A DNA stretch of 43,852 bases, filler included, from Jimgerdemannia flammicorona (GCA_003990765.1; 2 parts of 2 records of this genome joined end to end with filler, not necessarily neighbours in it); one strand, 5' to 3'; positions 1-12,159 are shown, counted from the first letter of the whole stretch. A program made the numbers and translations. Notes: generated by a model from the letters alone, not told the origin.

Positions 1-9
1 AAAAAAAAA

Positions 10-1332
10 GACATAGGCTGTAGTGGTAGCAAAGAGTTGTTCTAGGGTGTGGTCTTGATTATTTATTAGAACGCGGTCAGCAAGTCGCTCATTAGTCCAT
101 TGATTGGCTTCGAAGTTGGTGTCAACTACAGTAATAAAGCTTTGAACTTCTTGTGCAGTACCATTGAAGGTAGGTAGGCTCAGATTTTTGGTAGGTCGGA
201 TCTGTTCAGCTAAGGCAGTAATAGTTGCTGCCATTATAGCTACTTGGGCTGTGAGATCAAGAATCTGTTGGTTCGCCATGTTGATTGCTGGAGGTGGTTG
301 GACTGCTAGTAGTAGTGTTACTGGTACTACTTGAGGTACTAGTGCAGAGTGTGATGGGGTCCTTTGGGTCTGTGTAAGTTGCTGGAGTAGTAGTTGTGGA
401 TCTGGAGTGAGGGCTTGATAGATAGCTGTTTGTTGCTGTGTAGGTGTATTCTGTCCTAATGGATGTATGTCTCCTTCAGTAGTGTATCCGGGATCGAATT
501 CGGTGAGATACTCCTCCTCTTCTTTGGTTTGGTCCCTGTGTAATTGGGTTTGCTCAGTGTAAAAGTAGACAGAATTAGTTGTATATCTGATTTCAGATGG
601 ACTTAATTCAAAGTCAAGTTCAGGTTCGGTATTGGTTTCAGATTCAGGTAGGGCTGTAGCAGGACCTGCTTCAGGTTCGGGGTCAGGTAGTTGATGAAGG
701 GTTTCTCTTGCTTCTTCTTTGAGAATATGGCAGGCCTTGCTGTTCTGGAATTGGTAGTATAATGCGGTCTTGGTCCTGGTGCGGTGAAAGTCGGTAGAGT
801 TGAGCCACTTGGCTACAGAGGCTTGGACTTCATGAGGAACTAAGGCTAGAAAGACTGCTGCTGGTTGTCCTAGGTCACTCGGATTTGTGGAGCTGACAAA
901 ACTCTTATTGAGAAGAGTAAAGAAGGCTTCAATAAGACCTTCTTTGTCTTGACTTGCTGGGTGTAGGGCAAGAAGTTCAGTGAATAGAGTTTCGTCTATT
1001 TGCTGATTTAATCAGAGTACTTCTTTTTCGAATGAAGTTTGTCCCACTTGTTGTAGCTGTGGAGGTCAATTTGAACTTATATGTCAGATTCAATTCTCTC
1101 CAGATTGTCTGATGGTTCAGGATAAATTCCAGTTCAGAGGTTGGGCTTTATACCAACTTGTAGGAATTCTCAGAAGGGTTTGTAGCAGGGTGAGGAAGCA
1201 TCTTGAAGTGGAATTGGATTGTAGACCACTGCTACCAAGTTGTAAGAGGGTTACTTTTTTAGGGTAACCATTATGTAGTTCTGGAAAGGTTTTCTGGATA
1301 TTCTGGATATTCTGGATATTCTGAAAGACCAT
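10..1332 (-). mobile_element. Decayed Ty3/Gypsy gag region (element running off the left edge)
   Basis: From ATG at 279 the minus strand reads MANQQILDLTAQVAIMAATITALAEQIRPTKNLSLPTFNGTAQEVQSFITVVDTNFEANQW, resembling the capsid N-terminal P-x-F-x-G motif. The upstream 280-1332 is broken low-complexity coding-like sequence. Confidence 0.6.
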
Positions 1333-1536
1333 TTTCTTATGGTCAAGATTAATTTCATATGGAGTATGTCCTCTATGCTTATTGATTTCAAGATCAGATT
1401 AACATCTCAACCAAAGTCCTTTTTTTGAACTAGTTCTGGATGTTCAGGATTTTCTGTATTTCAGGAAGTTCAAGAAACTAAGACCAGCTTAGTTGAATCA
1501 GCGTATCGCTGCAGACAATACCCAATTAGGAAATTT

Positions 1537-1960
1537 CGTGATGGGGTTAGGAGTGGGACCTAATGGGGGGTGGATTTACTTAAGAGTGGGTTGTGGGTTA
1601 TTAAATAGGTTTATTCGCTATTTATGATATTGCTATACTAGGAGTAGTTGTGTGAGGGGATATTGTGGGAAAGTGTTCAGGAATGGTCTTGTGTGTTCAA
1701 GTCTGAGATTCTGAGGTCTGGGGGAGGGGGTATTTATACTAGTGAGGGGCTATCTGAACTATGCTAGTATGGATGTAGCACTAAGTGCTTTGTTGAGTCG
1801 GAATGCAGTCATGTAGTACAAGTGTGATCTGATATATCAAGAGATCGTCTGACTGCTGAGTCAGTTCACAGTCACGTTGTACAAGGATAATCTAACTATA
1901 CTATGACTGCTAGGCTATTTATAGGTTTAGGCACTGTCTGGGTAGTCCTCGATGATATCA
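1537..1960 (-). repeat. Putative LTR upstream of the left-edge gag
   Basis: The minus strand has GTATAAATA (~1731-1739) and a downstream GAATAAACC, and the segment lies between an integrase tail and a gag. No partner copy in the window; ends uncertain. Confidence 0.35.
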
Positions 1961-2439
1961 CCATTGATGACATCATTGCTGGCAAAGTCTGAGCAGTTTT
2001 CTGACTTCTGATGTCATCAGTTTCAAAGGTGTCATCACTTCTATCTCTTGCAAGATTAAGGCTGTCCTTGGTAGCAATGGTTGTACAAGGATGGCAGGTC
2101 TTGGTTCTCTTTTTTTTTTGCTCTGCTGATGCATTTGCGAGGACTGGCCATTCTCGTCTAGGGCGAGGGCTCCCAATGTCATGGCTGGGGGTTCAAACCT
2201 CTTGGAAATGATATTTTCTGTAATCTGAGGCAACTTCTAGTAGTAATATCTGTCACGTGGATGGCTTGAGATTGGTTTCAACATTGTTGGCTTTCTTGAG
2301 TTCAGATGAAGTGTCCGTTACTCTCTGACAGAGGTGACACAGATAGAGTGAATGGAGTTGTTTAAATGTGTTTTGCTTCTACTAAGTAATGAGGTCTTGT
2401 ATAGTTGCAGTGTATCTTGGTCTTGAGTTGATAAGTACA

Positions 2440-2734
2440 GTTTGTGAACCTTTTAGTAGATAAGATAGGGTTCTTCTTGTCTCAATTTGAGTTTGGTACT
2501 TTCGGTTTCCTTTTGTAATAGTACAGTACACCAAACTAGTTATAGTGGTTCAGAGTCAGTTTTATGGTTATAGTACTTCTTCTAGTATTCTTGTATCTTG
2601 GTGGTGGGTTCTCATGCTTGCTGGCATATTTTGTGTAATCAGATGATCTCTTGTTTTATAGTCTTGCATATGGTTTCCAAATTAGTTCTGAGGATGCCAT
2701 GTGATTTTGGTGGCTTGGAGGTTGTGTACTTACA
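2440..2734 (-). pseudogene. Gypsy integrase C-terminal fragment (GPY/F region)
   Basis: NLETICKTIKQEII*LHKICQQA*EPTTKIQ...KLKLRQEEPYLI aligns by eye with the integrase tail at 34570-34800 (NRDTIWKHIDIEI*RLYQIRKKAEDYITKIQ...KLELK*EGPYLV). Confidence 0.55.
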
Positions 2735-3400
2735 CAAGTGCTCCTTGGCAGTTTGGCTGAAGATAATCACATCATCTATATATACCATCATCCATTTTTT
2801 CATAACATCCCTGAAGATGCTGTTTATCATTCGCTGGAAGCTTGCTAGTGCATTGCACATTCAAAAGGGCATACGAAGATAGACATAGGTTCCATTGGGA
2901 GTGATGAAGGCTGATCTTTTGCTGACTTCAGGTGTAAGGCCAATTTGGTAGAATCCTAAGAACAGATCCAGGGTGGTGTAGAATCGTGATTCATTCTCCA
3001 GCATGATAAGAATATCACCAATGTTGGGCAACAGTTGTCTGTTCTTCTCTGTGACCTCGTTGAGTCTTCTATAATCTGTGCAGAGTCTTGGTGCAAACTC
3101 TCCTGGTCAGCTTCCTTTCTTTAGTGCAAGGATGATGGGGGAGGACCAAGGGCTGCTGGCTTCCTCAATAATACCAGATTCCTCCATTTTCTTGTCCTCC
3201 ATCTTGAGCCATTCCCTGTATGCTGGTGGAATGGGGCAGGCCTTCTGATAGACTGGCTTTGTATCTCCAGTATTGACATTAAGATAGTACAAGGGTTTCT
3301 TGGTCTTGATGTCCTTGAAATCTATGGCCAGTATATCCTCAAATGTATGCAAGAGGCTCCACAATTCTTCCCTTAGGGGAAAGTTCCTTCTGATTGTATA
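2735..3400 (-). pseudogene. Reverse transcriptase (element A), broken
   Basis: SSPWSSPIIL, RLCTDYRRLNEVT, TTLDLFLGFYQI, MPF, ASFQRMIN, VYIDDVIIFS. Confidence 0.93.
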
Positions 3401-3472
3401 GGTGTTTTTGTCTTGACTTTCCTCCTTCTTGTGCTCCAACTCAGTGATCTTAGTTGCTACAAGGACTCCTCT

Positions 3473-3889
3473 TCCTGTAGAGCCGAATCCAGCCCTTCCT
3501 CACTGAGTTTGTCTGATGTTCGCAACCTCCTTGATCCTTGGATTAAGGACAGGTAGGATGAGCATTTGCACCAGCTGATCCTTCTTCTTTACTTCAAATG
3601 GAATGTTTGGGTTGTAGTTCCTGGTGAGGAGGAGAATTTCTCCTATGTAGTCTGAATTAATAACTCCTCCTTCTATTGATATTTCACTCTTTGCCAAGCT
3701 GCTCCTTGTCTTGAGGATTCCGACATGGTTTAGCGGGATGGTTACTTCAATTCCTGTTCCTAAAATGGTGGTGGTCTGCAGTTCGAGTATTGTGTGTGTT
3801 GTGGTGGATAGGTTCATTCCTGCTGCATTCTTCGACTTGTATTGTGGTATGACTGCGTCAGGGTGAATCCTTCGTATCTTGACTGTGAT
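3473..3889 (-). pseudogene. dUTPase domain between protease and RT (element A)
   Basis: All five trimeric dUTPase motifs are recognisable: AAGMNL, KTRSSLA, GGVINSDYIGEI, DQLVQMLI, and *GRAGFGSTG after a TGA (probably from CGA). Confidence 0.92.
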
Positions 3890-4189
3890 ATCTTCATCCT
3901 CATCATCACTGTCATCCAATAACTCTGGTGGTCCATCTTCTAGTTCCTCCTGGTTCTCCTTTGGCTTGTTGGTGATCTTCTTCACCTCAATGATACAAGA
4001 GTAGTAGTGATCCAAGTGCTGGGCACAGTACATTCTTTCACCATGGGGGCACATTCCTAGTGGGGTGTATCCATCTGCGATTCTCATATACCATTCTTCC
4101 TCTGTCATTTGCTTGCCTTTTCCTTTCTTTGTAGTAACCATGTAGGCTTCTTCTTCTTTGTCTTCCTCCATCTCAGGGCAGACTCCTTT

Positions 4190-4560
4190 GTGGACATTGA
4201 TGGGAATTCTGATCTTCTTTCCCTGGTAGACAATCTGCATCTTCTGTGCACTGAGGTCAATCATGGCCTTGGCTTTGTGAAGCCACTGGTTGCCAATGAG
4301 GATATCATAGTTGGTTGCATTGGTGATGATGACATTCATGGGGATAGTGGCTTCTCTGAACTTAATTGGTATATCTCAGATCTTTCCCAAGAGTGTTGCT
4401 CATGTTCCATCAGCTGTGAGAAATACCAGTTTGATGGCTTCTTCTATCTCCCAGCCTAGGTGGTCTACTGCTTTCTTGGTGATGAGACATCCTCCTGCTC
4501 CCATATCAATAATGGCTTCAAAGACTCAATCCTCGATCTGGCAGGTAGCATAGGCTGATG
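4190..4560 (-). pseudogene. Aspartic protease (element A)
   Basis: AIIDMGAGGCLI (DTG>DMG by ACG>ATG) and YDILIGNQWL. Confidence 0.85.
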
Positions 4561-5129
4561 TTTTCCGATTATCTACACTCTCTTCATCTGAATCTTCTTA
4601 TGCATTGTTGGCTTCAATTATTCTGTAACCTTGGTCTTTGCTGATGTCTGAGATTCCTGTCCTCATTTGTTGTCTGAATGTTGGGATTTCAGCCAGCTGG
4701 CCAAAGGTTGCATTGACCTTTTGGTCCTTGAGGTCCTTGAAGATGTCATACTTGAAGGTCTTGCTCTTGTGCAGTTTCTGCTCCTTCTTCCCTTCACTTG
4801 ATGGGGTAGTATTTCGAATAATATCTTCTACTGCTTGCTCTAGCTCAGCATCTTGTTCTAGCTCCATGTCTTGGTTAGCTTCGCTCTGCTGGTTCTCTTT
4901 TTCAATGACTGTTTCTGGTTGTCTTGTTTGTATCTGGGTCTTCTTAGGAGGTCTGCCTGGAGGTCTTTTGTAGGGACTGGATTGGACATCCTTCTTACTT
5001 GAGGTGGCAGGATAAGCTTCCCATTCCTCCCTCTCTTCCTCAGATTCTCCAATCTTCTCAAAGGTGATAGTGTTTGCCTGCTTGTGGTTTCTGGTTGCAC
5101 TACTTGGATTGGCCTTTTGCTTGGTTTCT

Positions 5130-5990
5130 GTCATGCATTCGGAGGCATAGTGGCCTTCTTCTCTACAGTTGTAGCATGTTATTGATCATCTTGTATTTGT
5201 AGTGGCAAACTTCTATACCGGCTTCTTCTTGAACTCTTTGACTACATCACTGAGGTGTGCAGTCATTTCTGCAAACTGTTTGGCCAGTTCCTCCATTGGG
5301 TCGACCCTTCTCTGGTCTTGTAGTTGTGGTTGTGTATTCCGGTTGACTATGGTAGCCAGGATTGTATTGGTGACTCTTGGTGCTTGTTTGATTTTTACTC
5401 TGGTTATCCTTTCCATTGTATGGCCTTGAGGGTGTCTGGCAGTCCAGTATCTTTGGACATAGGTAACCTTCTGTCCCAGGTCCAGTGGTGTTGGGGTAGA
5501 TCGAATGGCTAAAGTGATTTCTTGGTGAATGCCTTTCATAAAGGTATTCTTGGCCACTTGGTCTTGAACTGCATCAGGGTAGTCAGCAAGGACTATTTGA
5601 TGTCGGATTCTTGTATAGAATGTGTTTGGGTCTTCAGACATTCCTTGGCAGATAGTATTCAGTTGATCTTTAAGTGCCTGTTTGATTTCATCTGTATAGT
5701 AGGTTGTTCGGAGCCAGGTCTTGAAAGCTATGATTCTTGCTGGATCATTGGCTGCTTGTATATTGACTGTAGTAAATGCAGTTCTTGCTGGGCCTCAGAG
5801 GCTTACAGGGAGTAGGGCTACTTGTTGTGCTGCACTTAAGGTCCTTACAGCGGCATACTGCTTGAAATCATTAATGAAGGTGATGATTGATTCATTGGAT
5901 ATATATCCATGGAATACAGGGGGTCTCATATCCATTCTGTCTGATTGTGTTGTATGGGTTCTGGTTGCAGTTGTTTATTATTCAGCTTGA
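5130..5990 (-). pseudogene. gag with CCHC zinc knuckle (element A)
   Basis: EDPNTFYTRI...FMKGIHQEI capsid motif; knuckle CYNCREEGHYASEC at ~5135-5177. Confidence 0.85.
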
Positions 5991-6008
5991 AAATGAGGGA
6001 TTCGTCTT

Positions 6009-6030
6009 GGATCACCAGCAATGGGCACCA
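6009..6030 (-). promoter_or_regulatory. Putative primer-binding site of element A
   Basis: TGGTGCCCATTGCTGG begins 3 nt after the LTR end (...GTTACA). The priming tRNA was not identified. Confidence 0.6.
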
Positions 6031-6033
6031 AGT

Positions 6034-6499
6034 TGTAACGTAGCGGACGCTAAGATAGGTAAGTATGTCAGATTTCTTTATTTTGAATTCTTGTCTTCTT
6101 GACTCCCAGAGACAGTAGTTCCTTGAGGCTAAATGTGTTTAAAGAGGTAATCCCGAAGGTCCTTTTATCAGTATACTTGTTCTTTTTCTAATACTTTTGA
6201 TCTGAGGTTTATTCACTCTAAGATACAGGGTTATTTATACAAGTTTGCTAGCTATGCGAGGGTGGCTAAGTAATAAATGAGTCATTTGGACTTTGTCGAA
6301 ATATTTGGACAATGTCTAAATGCTATACTAAATCGGGACATTTGATTTCGATGATGTCTAAGAATTTAGACAATGTCTAAGAATTTAGACAATGTCGAAA
6401 TCGAGGACTGCTAACTATAAGGCTATACTATTTTGGGACTGGGTGCGATCAAGTGTCTATTCCCTATTTCCTTCTTCCAAATTTGGCTGTACTATCACA
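6034..6499 (-). repeat. 5' LTR of element A
   Basis: TGTGATAG...GTTACA termini on the minus strand, TGTATAAAT and AATAAA, internal TTAGACAATGTCTAAGAA repeats; aligns end-to-end with 35389-35882. Confidence 0.85.
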
Positions 6500-6765
6500 A
6501 TAGTAATTGAGAATTACTTCTTATTAATATTCACCATTCAGATTGATGAGATTAGAGATATATTAAAAGAATGATATAGAGTTGATAAGATCAGAAAAGG
6601 TATTATAGAGTATACTAAAATGCAGTAGCAGGGGCCAAGAAATGCAAGAAAATTAGAGAAATCCTTGACCATAGCAACTTCCTATAGGTGTAGAATCCAA
6701 GAGAGAGTAGTGAGATCAGAAGTGAGATTATAAGAGATAAGGCTGGAGAGATAGTAGATGATGAG

Positions 6766-7729
6766 GCCACTCTTCTTCTTCCAAATGTACACAACTCTCC
6801 TTCCCAATCCAAGAACCAAAACACACAAACTAATTTTCTCCTAACACTACTTGAGAGAACTTCCATGGCCTGTACTAAGCAAACTGCCTGCAAATCTACT
6901 AGTGGCAAGGCCCCCTGTAAGCAGCTTGCCACCAAGGCCACCCACAAGTCCACCCTCTCTACTGGTGGTGTCAAGAAGCCCCATCGCTACAGGCCCAGCA
7001 CAGTCACTCTCTGTGAAATCTGTCGCTACCAGAAGTCGACAGAGCTCTTGATCTGCAAGCTCCCCTTCCAGTGCCTTGTCCATGAGATCACCCAAGACTT
7101 CAAGACAGATCTGCACTTTCAATCATCTGCCATCGGCACCCTGCAGGAGGCCTCAGAGGCTTACCTCATCACCCTCTTCAAGAATACCAATCTTGCTGCC
7201 ATTCACGCCAAGTGTATTACCATTCAGCCCAAAGACATCCAGCTTGCCAGGAGGCTCAGGGGCGAGAGGTCCTAAATTTGTCATCCAGTAGCAGGGGGTG
7301 ACCTCCTAAATGTGAGGAGTAGTATTGTCTGTATGTGGCATGGACCTCTGACCTGACTTGCATGAGCCAACCCAGCTAATATGTCCCATGTATTCTTCCC
7401 TTTACACAACCCCAAGGAGACATGACTAATATCATTCTCTAGCCGTAATAGCATGCATTCCATTGCTGTCCTATTGTTCCTCATTCTTTTATTTTTTTTT
7501 TGATGTTTGTAACCCTTTCGTATCTCCTGCACACAGCTATTGGGCTGCTGTTCGTGCGGGCATACTTGCACAATTTGTATCCTCTCCTTATGCTGTCCTA
7601 TTGTAAGCCTTCTGTATCTAACATTGCGGTCATATATCCATCTTGCTTTTATTTTGATTGTGAGTTGTATATAGTATAGTGTGCACAATGATTGTATTTT
7701 GAAAAAAAAAAAAAAAAAAAAAAAAAGAG
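6766..7729 (+). pseudogene. H3: Processed retrocopy of a histone H3 mRNA (5' UTR, ORF, 3' UTR, poly(A))
   Basis: Intronless, with an A25 tract at 7702-7726 and the direct repeat AGTAGATGATGAG at 6753-6765 and 7730-7742 (target-site duplication). Confidence 0.9.
6865..7275 (+). pseudogene. H3: Histone H3 ORF (136 aa, open) with many transition-type substitutions
   Basis: Colinear with fungal H3 ([48 protein letters not shown]); R>C, R>H, A>T, G>S, V>I and E>K changes. Confidence 0.93.
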
Positions 7730-8794
7730 AGTAGATGATGAGTTTTATCAAATCTCATAATCAAAAAGTATTGTAGATAATGACAGAGACTATAGAGAGA
7801 TTTATAATAGAATACATTGTCAGATTAGAACTATTGTATACAGAAGGAAAAATATATATATCTGAGAGTATTACATCTTTAAACATTAGAGTGATCAGTA
7901 AGATAGGTCTCACTATTATAGTTGAAAATGGTCTTATAGAACTGATAGTTTAAGGAAAGTATTGAGATGCTAGAAATAGAGCTGGGATGCTGGAGTGGAT
8001 TATAAAGTGAATGTTGTTAAATATAGAGTAAGTGCTAAAGAGGACTGGTCATACTGGAAGTAGAAAAGTAGCTAGTAATAAATATAATCAGAAAACTAGA
8101 TAGATAATAGTGATAAGAGGATATCAAAGAGAAGGCCCTAGTGTTTGAGATATGAAAATATCTAAGACCAGGATACCTGAGACTTGAGAGGGCAATAAAT
8201 GAGTATCAGAGACTAAAACTAGTATAGGATGAGAAATATATATCACTGGTATAATACTCTGAGATATGGAGTTAGTGAGATAATTAGAGTTAGTTGTAGA
8301 GTTGAGAGTAGTGGTTAGAAGGGCTGGAGCTCAGAGTTTCTTGAAACAGTAGTATAGAGTGGCAATTATCAAGTCTTACTCAGTGATATAAGTATCTTAA
8401 ACAAAATTCATAGATAGAAATATTATAGGCTAAGATATGAAATTGACCAGAAAAGATAGGCCTAGCTGGCTATTGAAATGGAGTGAGGGTGGATGTTGAG
8501 CCATATGACAGTTATAAAGTTGTTAAAGTACTAAAAGATCTATCTTATTGTTATTACTAGTAGTGTATACAATGATAGTAATCAGTATAGTAGCAATGTT
8601 ATACATATAATAGAAGATATATATTGGAGACAGTAGTATAGTATCTAGAGAAACTATTACCTATAACACAGTGCATCTTATATAATTATGAGAATATATT
8701 ATATATATTATTTTTATATAGGGATATAGTGATTATTTATAATTATAAACAAAGTAGTAATAATTGTTAAATAGTGAAGAAATTATATTAATAG

Positions 8795-9367
8795 TGTAAC
8801 TGACCAAAACATACCACCCGAATTATAACTTAGCCAGATGATGTGAACAATTAGCATACTTACTCAGCATGATGTGACTTCTAGTATATCATAGTTACCC
8901 ATGGCTGCCACACTTATAATAAGCCAAGACACCAGATCAGGATTGCTTACCTATGTCCTGTGGACACACTCATGTCCTGCAGACACACTCATGTCCTGCA
9001 GACACACTTATATCCTGTGGCCACATCTGTACCCAGAGGACACACTCAAGTATTACCAGAAGTAGTAAATCTATAGTTAGCCACATAGTAACCAGATAGC
9101 AACCATAATGTATAAATTACCCCAGAGACAAGAGTGAATAAACCTCAGTCCAAAATACTAACACCAAAGAAGTCTTTAAAGATTTAGCATTGGTCCCCTT
9201 TCCACTCTGGTCTACTTTCCAATACAAAGCTGATTTTGCCACCAAGTTCAAGTGAAGAACTTTGCTGCCTTTTGAAGAACCTGCCACTTAAGGAATAAGC
9301 CATGCTATTGGTATACTTGCCAGATAAGCCTGAAGAACCCATGTTTTCACTGCCATTCTTGTCACAA
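8795..9367 (+). repeat. Putative 5' LTR of element B
   Basis: Starts TGTAAC; 19-bp tandem GACACACTCATGTCCTGCA at ~8953-9020; TGTATAAAT (~9110) and GAATAAACC (~9136). The 3' end is uncertain (~9188 or 9367). Confidence 0.55.
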
Positions 9368-10656
9368 GCCAGTCTTTCTGATACAACTTTACAGTGGAGC
9401 TGGTCTATGACATAACCCTATGCAAATGAAGCCAGTCTTTGATGTATCTTGCCAAGAATCTGAGTTAATTCCCAGTTGAAGCTGCTGATTCAGGAAGAAT
9501 CCATGCCATCTGAGTAGTATTCTCAGAGAGCCTGCTGATTTAGAAGAATTAATATCATCCACTATCTTCAAGTTATCCACATTCCCAGAGAACCTTGCAG
9601 AATCCACAACATCTAAATTGTTTGTTCCCTGTGAGCCCATTTTGGAAGAATCTGCCACCAGTATTATTCCCAGGGAACCTGCACCCAAATCGAGTTATCT
9701 ACCAAATTATCAGAATATCCCACATAAGGAGAACTGCTAAATTGCCAGACTGTTATGTACAGAGATCATCGCACTACACAGAAATCACCCACTACTCAAG
9801 AAGGAAACCACTCGCACTATATACAAATTCCACCATTCCCAGTTGACCTAAGAAGGAAATCTGTTCACACACACAAATCACCGCTACACCCAGAGAACCA
9901 TCCCAATTAGGAGATCAACACACAAATTGCTCACAGATATTCAGCTCTGACTATTATACCACTAAATACCAAGGACCTCAGGAATCTTAGAACATTTTGT
10001 TACTTTTTGACAAAGTAACTATGGGCTCAAGCAAACTATATCAATCCCCAACCTTGTAATTTGCCTCTATTGAGCCAGGCATGTTACATTTGGGGGCTCA
10101 ACTAGGAAGATTTCAAAATATGTGACTTTTCAGCTCACAAGAACCCATAGTCAAACTGGATATATTTGATACAACACCAACCTCTGCCACCACAGGAGAA
10201 CCTGTTATCACTGGCATTTGGACAGGAAGGGAAGTAATCACATCAAGACTTGCCAACTACCCAGCATCAGAAGGTTCCCAACCAGAAGGCAGTACAGCCT
10301 GAAATCCCCAACCAGATCAACTAGACAATACAGGTAGCTCTGCTAGAGATTTTGGAGAACTTACACAAGAACTAGAAGATCTTATCACTCGAACCTGAGA
10401 CCTTACAGCCAGACACCCCATATCAGTCCCATCAATCTCACCAATAGAGCCTTTACCACAACCCCTTGTAGAGTTAGAAGTAGCTCCTATAAGAATACCT
10501 AGGCTTATTCCACCTCGTTTAAGATCCAGAACACCATCCTCAAGATACCCAAGTACCCCCATTTCTAGCAACAGCTCAGAAAGTAAATCAGAGTCAGAAT
10601 CTAAGTCAGAATCAGAATCCAAACCAGAACCAGAATCAGAAGAAAGTGATGACAAA

Positions 10657-11601
10657 ATGGCCACATCACTGCCAATCTTTGCAGGATACCCAGAGGAAGA
10701 CCCCAGTGGATTCCTTGATGGAATTGAAGGAATTGCAGATCTGAGAAATCTCTCAGATGAAAGAAAATCGCCATCTACAAAGCTCAGCTCAGAGAACCAG
10801 CCAGAGGAATTTTCCACTGAACAGAAAATGATCCAAATTTAGAACTGGCAAGACAGATATAAGCAGTAATGTCTTATGAGCTAGAATATGTAGCCATGGT
10901 CCACTGGCTCATTGAAAAGTATGCAGGGAATGAAACCCACTACAAGGCTCAAGAATCCATCATGGGGATGAAGATAAACCTTGGAGGATCACCCAGAGCC
11001 TTCTTTACAAGAATCCAGAAGAGAATGAATGCTGCTGGGTTCAATACCACCAACCAGGACATCATAGGTCCAATGATCTTTATGAATGGAATTCCCCTGA
11101 ACATTGCCCAGCATGTCTGCACCCTAGGCATCAGATGGTCTGAAGAGCAAGTAGATGCAGCCCCAGGATTCTTTGATGTCAGACAAGAAACTACTTGGAG
11201 TGATCATAGCAAAAAAGAAGATAAAGGATATCCTGGTCAAAGCCCTACAAGGACTCCTTCAAGGATAAGAAAGATCTGAAGAAAGAAGACCAGCCAAGGA
11301 AGGTAAGAAGGACAGGAGTGATATCCAAGACCTCAGCTCCAAGTTGGACTGATTGGTTGGACAGATTGAAAAACTCACCACATGCAAAAATCAGAGCTAT
11401 CGAGACAACAGAGGATACCCATCACAGAGGAGCCAAGGTTATCCACCAAGAGATAACAGGAATTACCAGCAAGAAGAAAGAAGGTACTCTGTCCAAGACA
11501 GAGCCCAAGTCCAATGCTTCCACTGTGGACAATTTGGACACTATGCCACTGAATGTGACAACAAAAGAAATAATCAAAGGGACTCAGAACCACTAAACTG
11601 A
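10657..11601 (+). pseudogene. gag with CCHC knuckle (element B)
   Basis: MATSLPIFAGYPEEDPSGFLDGIE; SPRAFFTRI...IFMNGIP; CFHCGQFGHYATEC at 11515-11556. Confidence 0.88.
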
Positions 11602-12159
11602 AGGAATGATACTCAGTACAAGAGGAATGAAGCCCATTCTGTTGAAGATTTCGAGGAAGCAAGCAACAGTGAAGACTACAGTGATCTAGACCTATACCCT
11701 ACCAAAGTTATCAACCAAAAAACAGTTTACCCAGCAGAGAAGAGGAAGAGACCTGTAGGAAGGCCATCCAGGAACATTAGCAGAAGAATCATCCAAGAGG
11801 AAGATGAATAACATGAGGAGGAACAAGTAGCAACACCTCCCTAAAGCACCTCACCTTTTGTCTCCAAGACAAATGAGTTGCCACCAGAAGATGAAGAAAT
11901 GGAACAAGAAGAACAGGAACCTGCTGCTCCAAAGCCCAAGAAGAAGTACACCCCAAAGACCATGCCTAGAGACATCTATAATGAAGCCTGGCAGAAGATT
12001 CAAGAGGTCAAGATGGAGGTTCCCCTCCTATAGTTCTTGCAACTGACACCAGCTGGAGTCCAAAACAAATTGCTGAGAACCACCAGGTCTAGCACTGGCC
12101 AAGTCCCAATCCCACAGCAAGAACCAGTTCCCATCCCTGTCCAAGCAGCCAAAAGACAT

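Larger units (their letters stand above)
2735..6499 (-). mobile_element. Ty3/Gypsy element A: 5' LTR-PBS-gag-PR-dUTPase-RT, truncated within RT
   Basis: Ordered domain motifs on the minus strand with stops and frameshifts. Its LTR is homologous to the LTRs at 35389-35882 and 36952-37332. Confidence 0.92.

Noticed and set aside
6865..7275. Novel Cys-rich histone H3 variant or CenH3
   Set aside because: The changes are C>T/G>A transitions and the locus has poly(A) plus TSD; there is no CenH3-type tail or loop extension.
10317..10817. 166-aa minus-strand ORF with SD repeats
   Set aside because: It is antisense to the low-complexity SESESK linker and gag start of element B.
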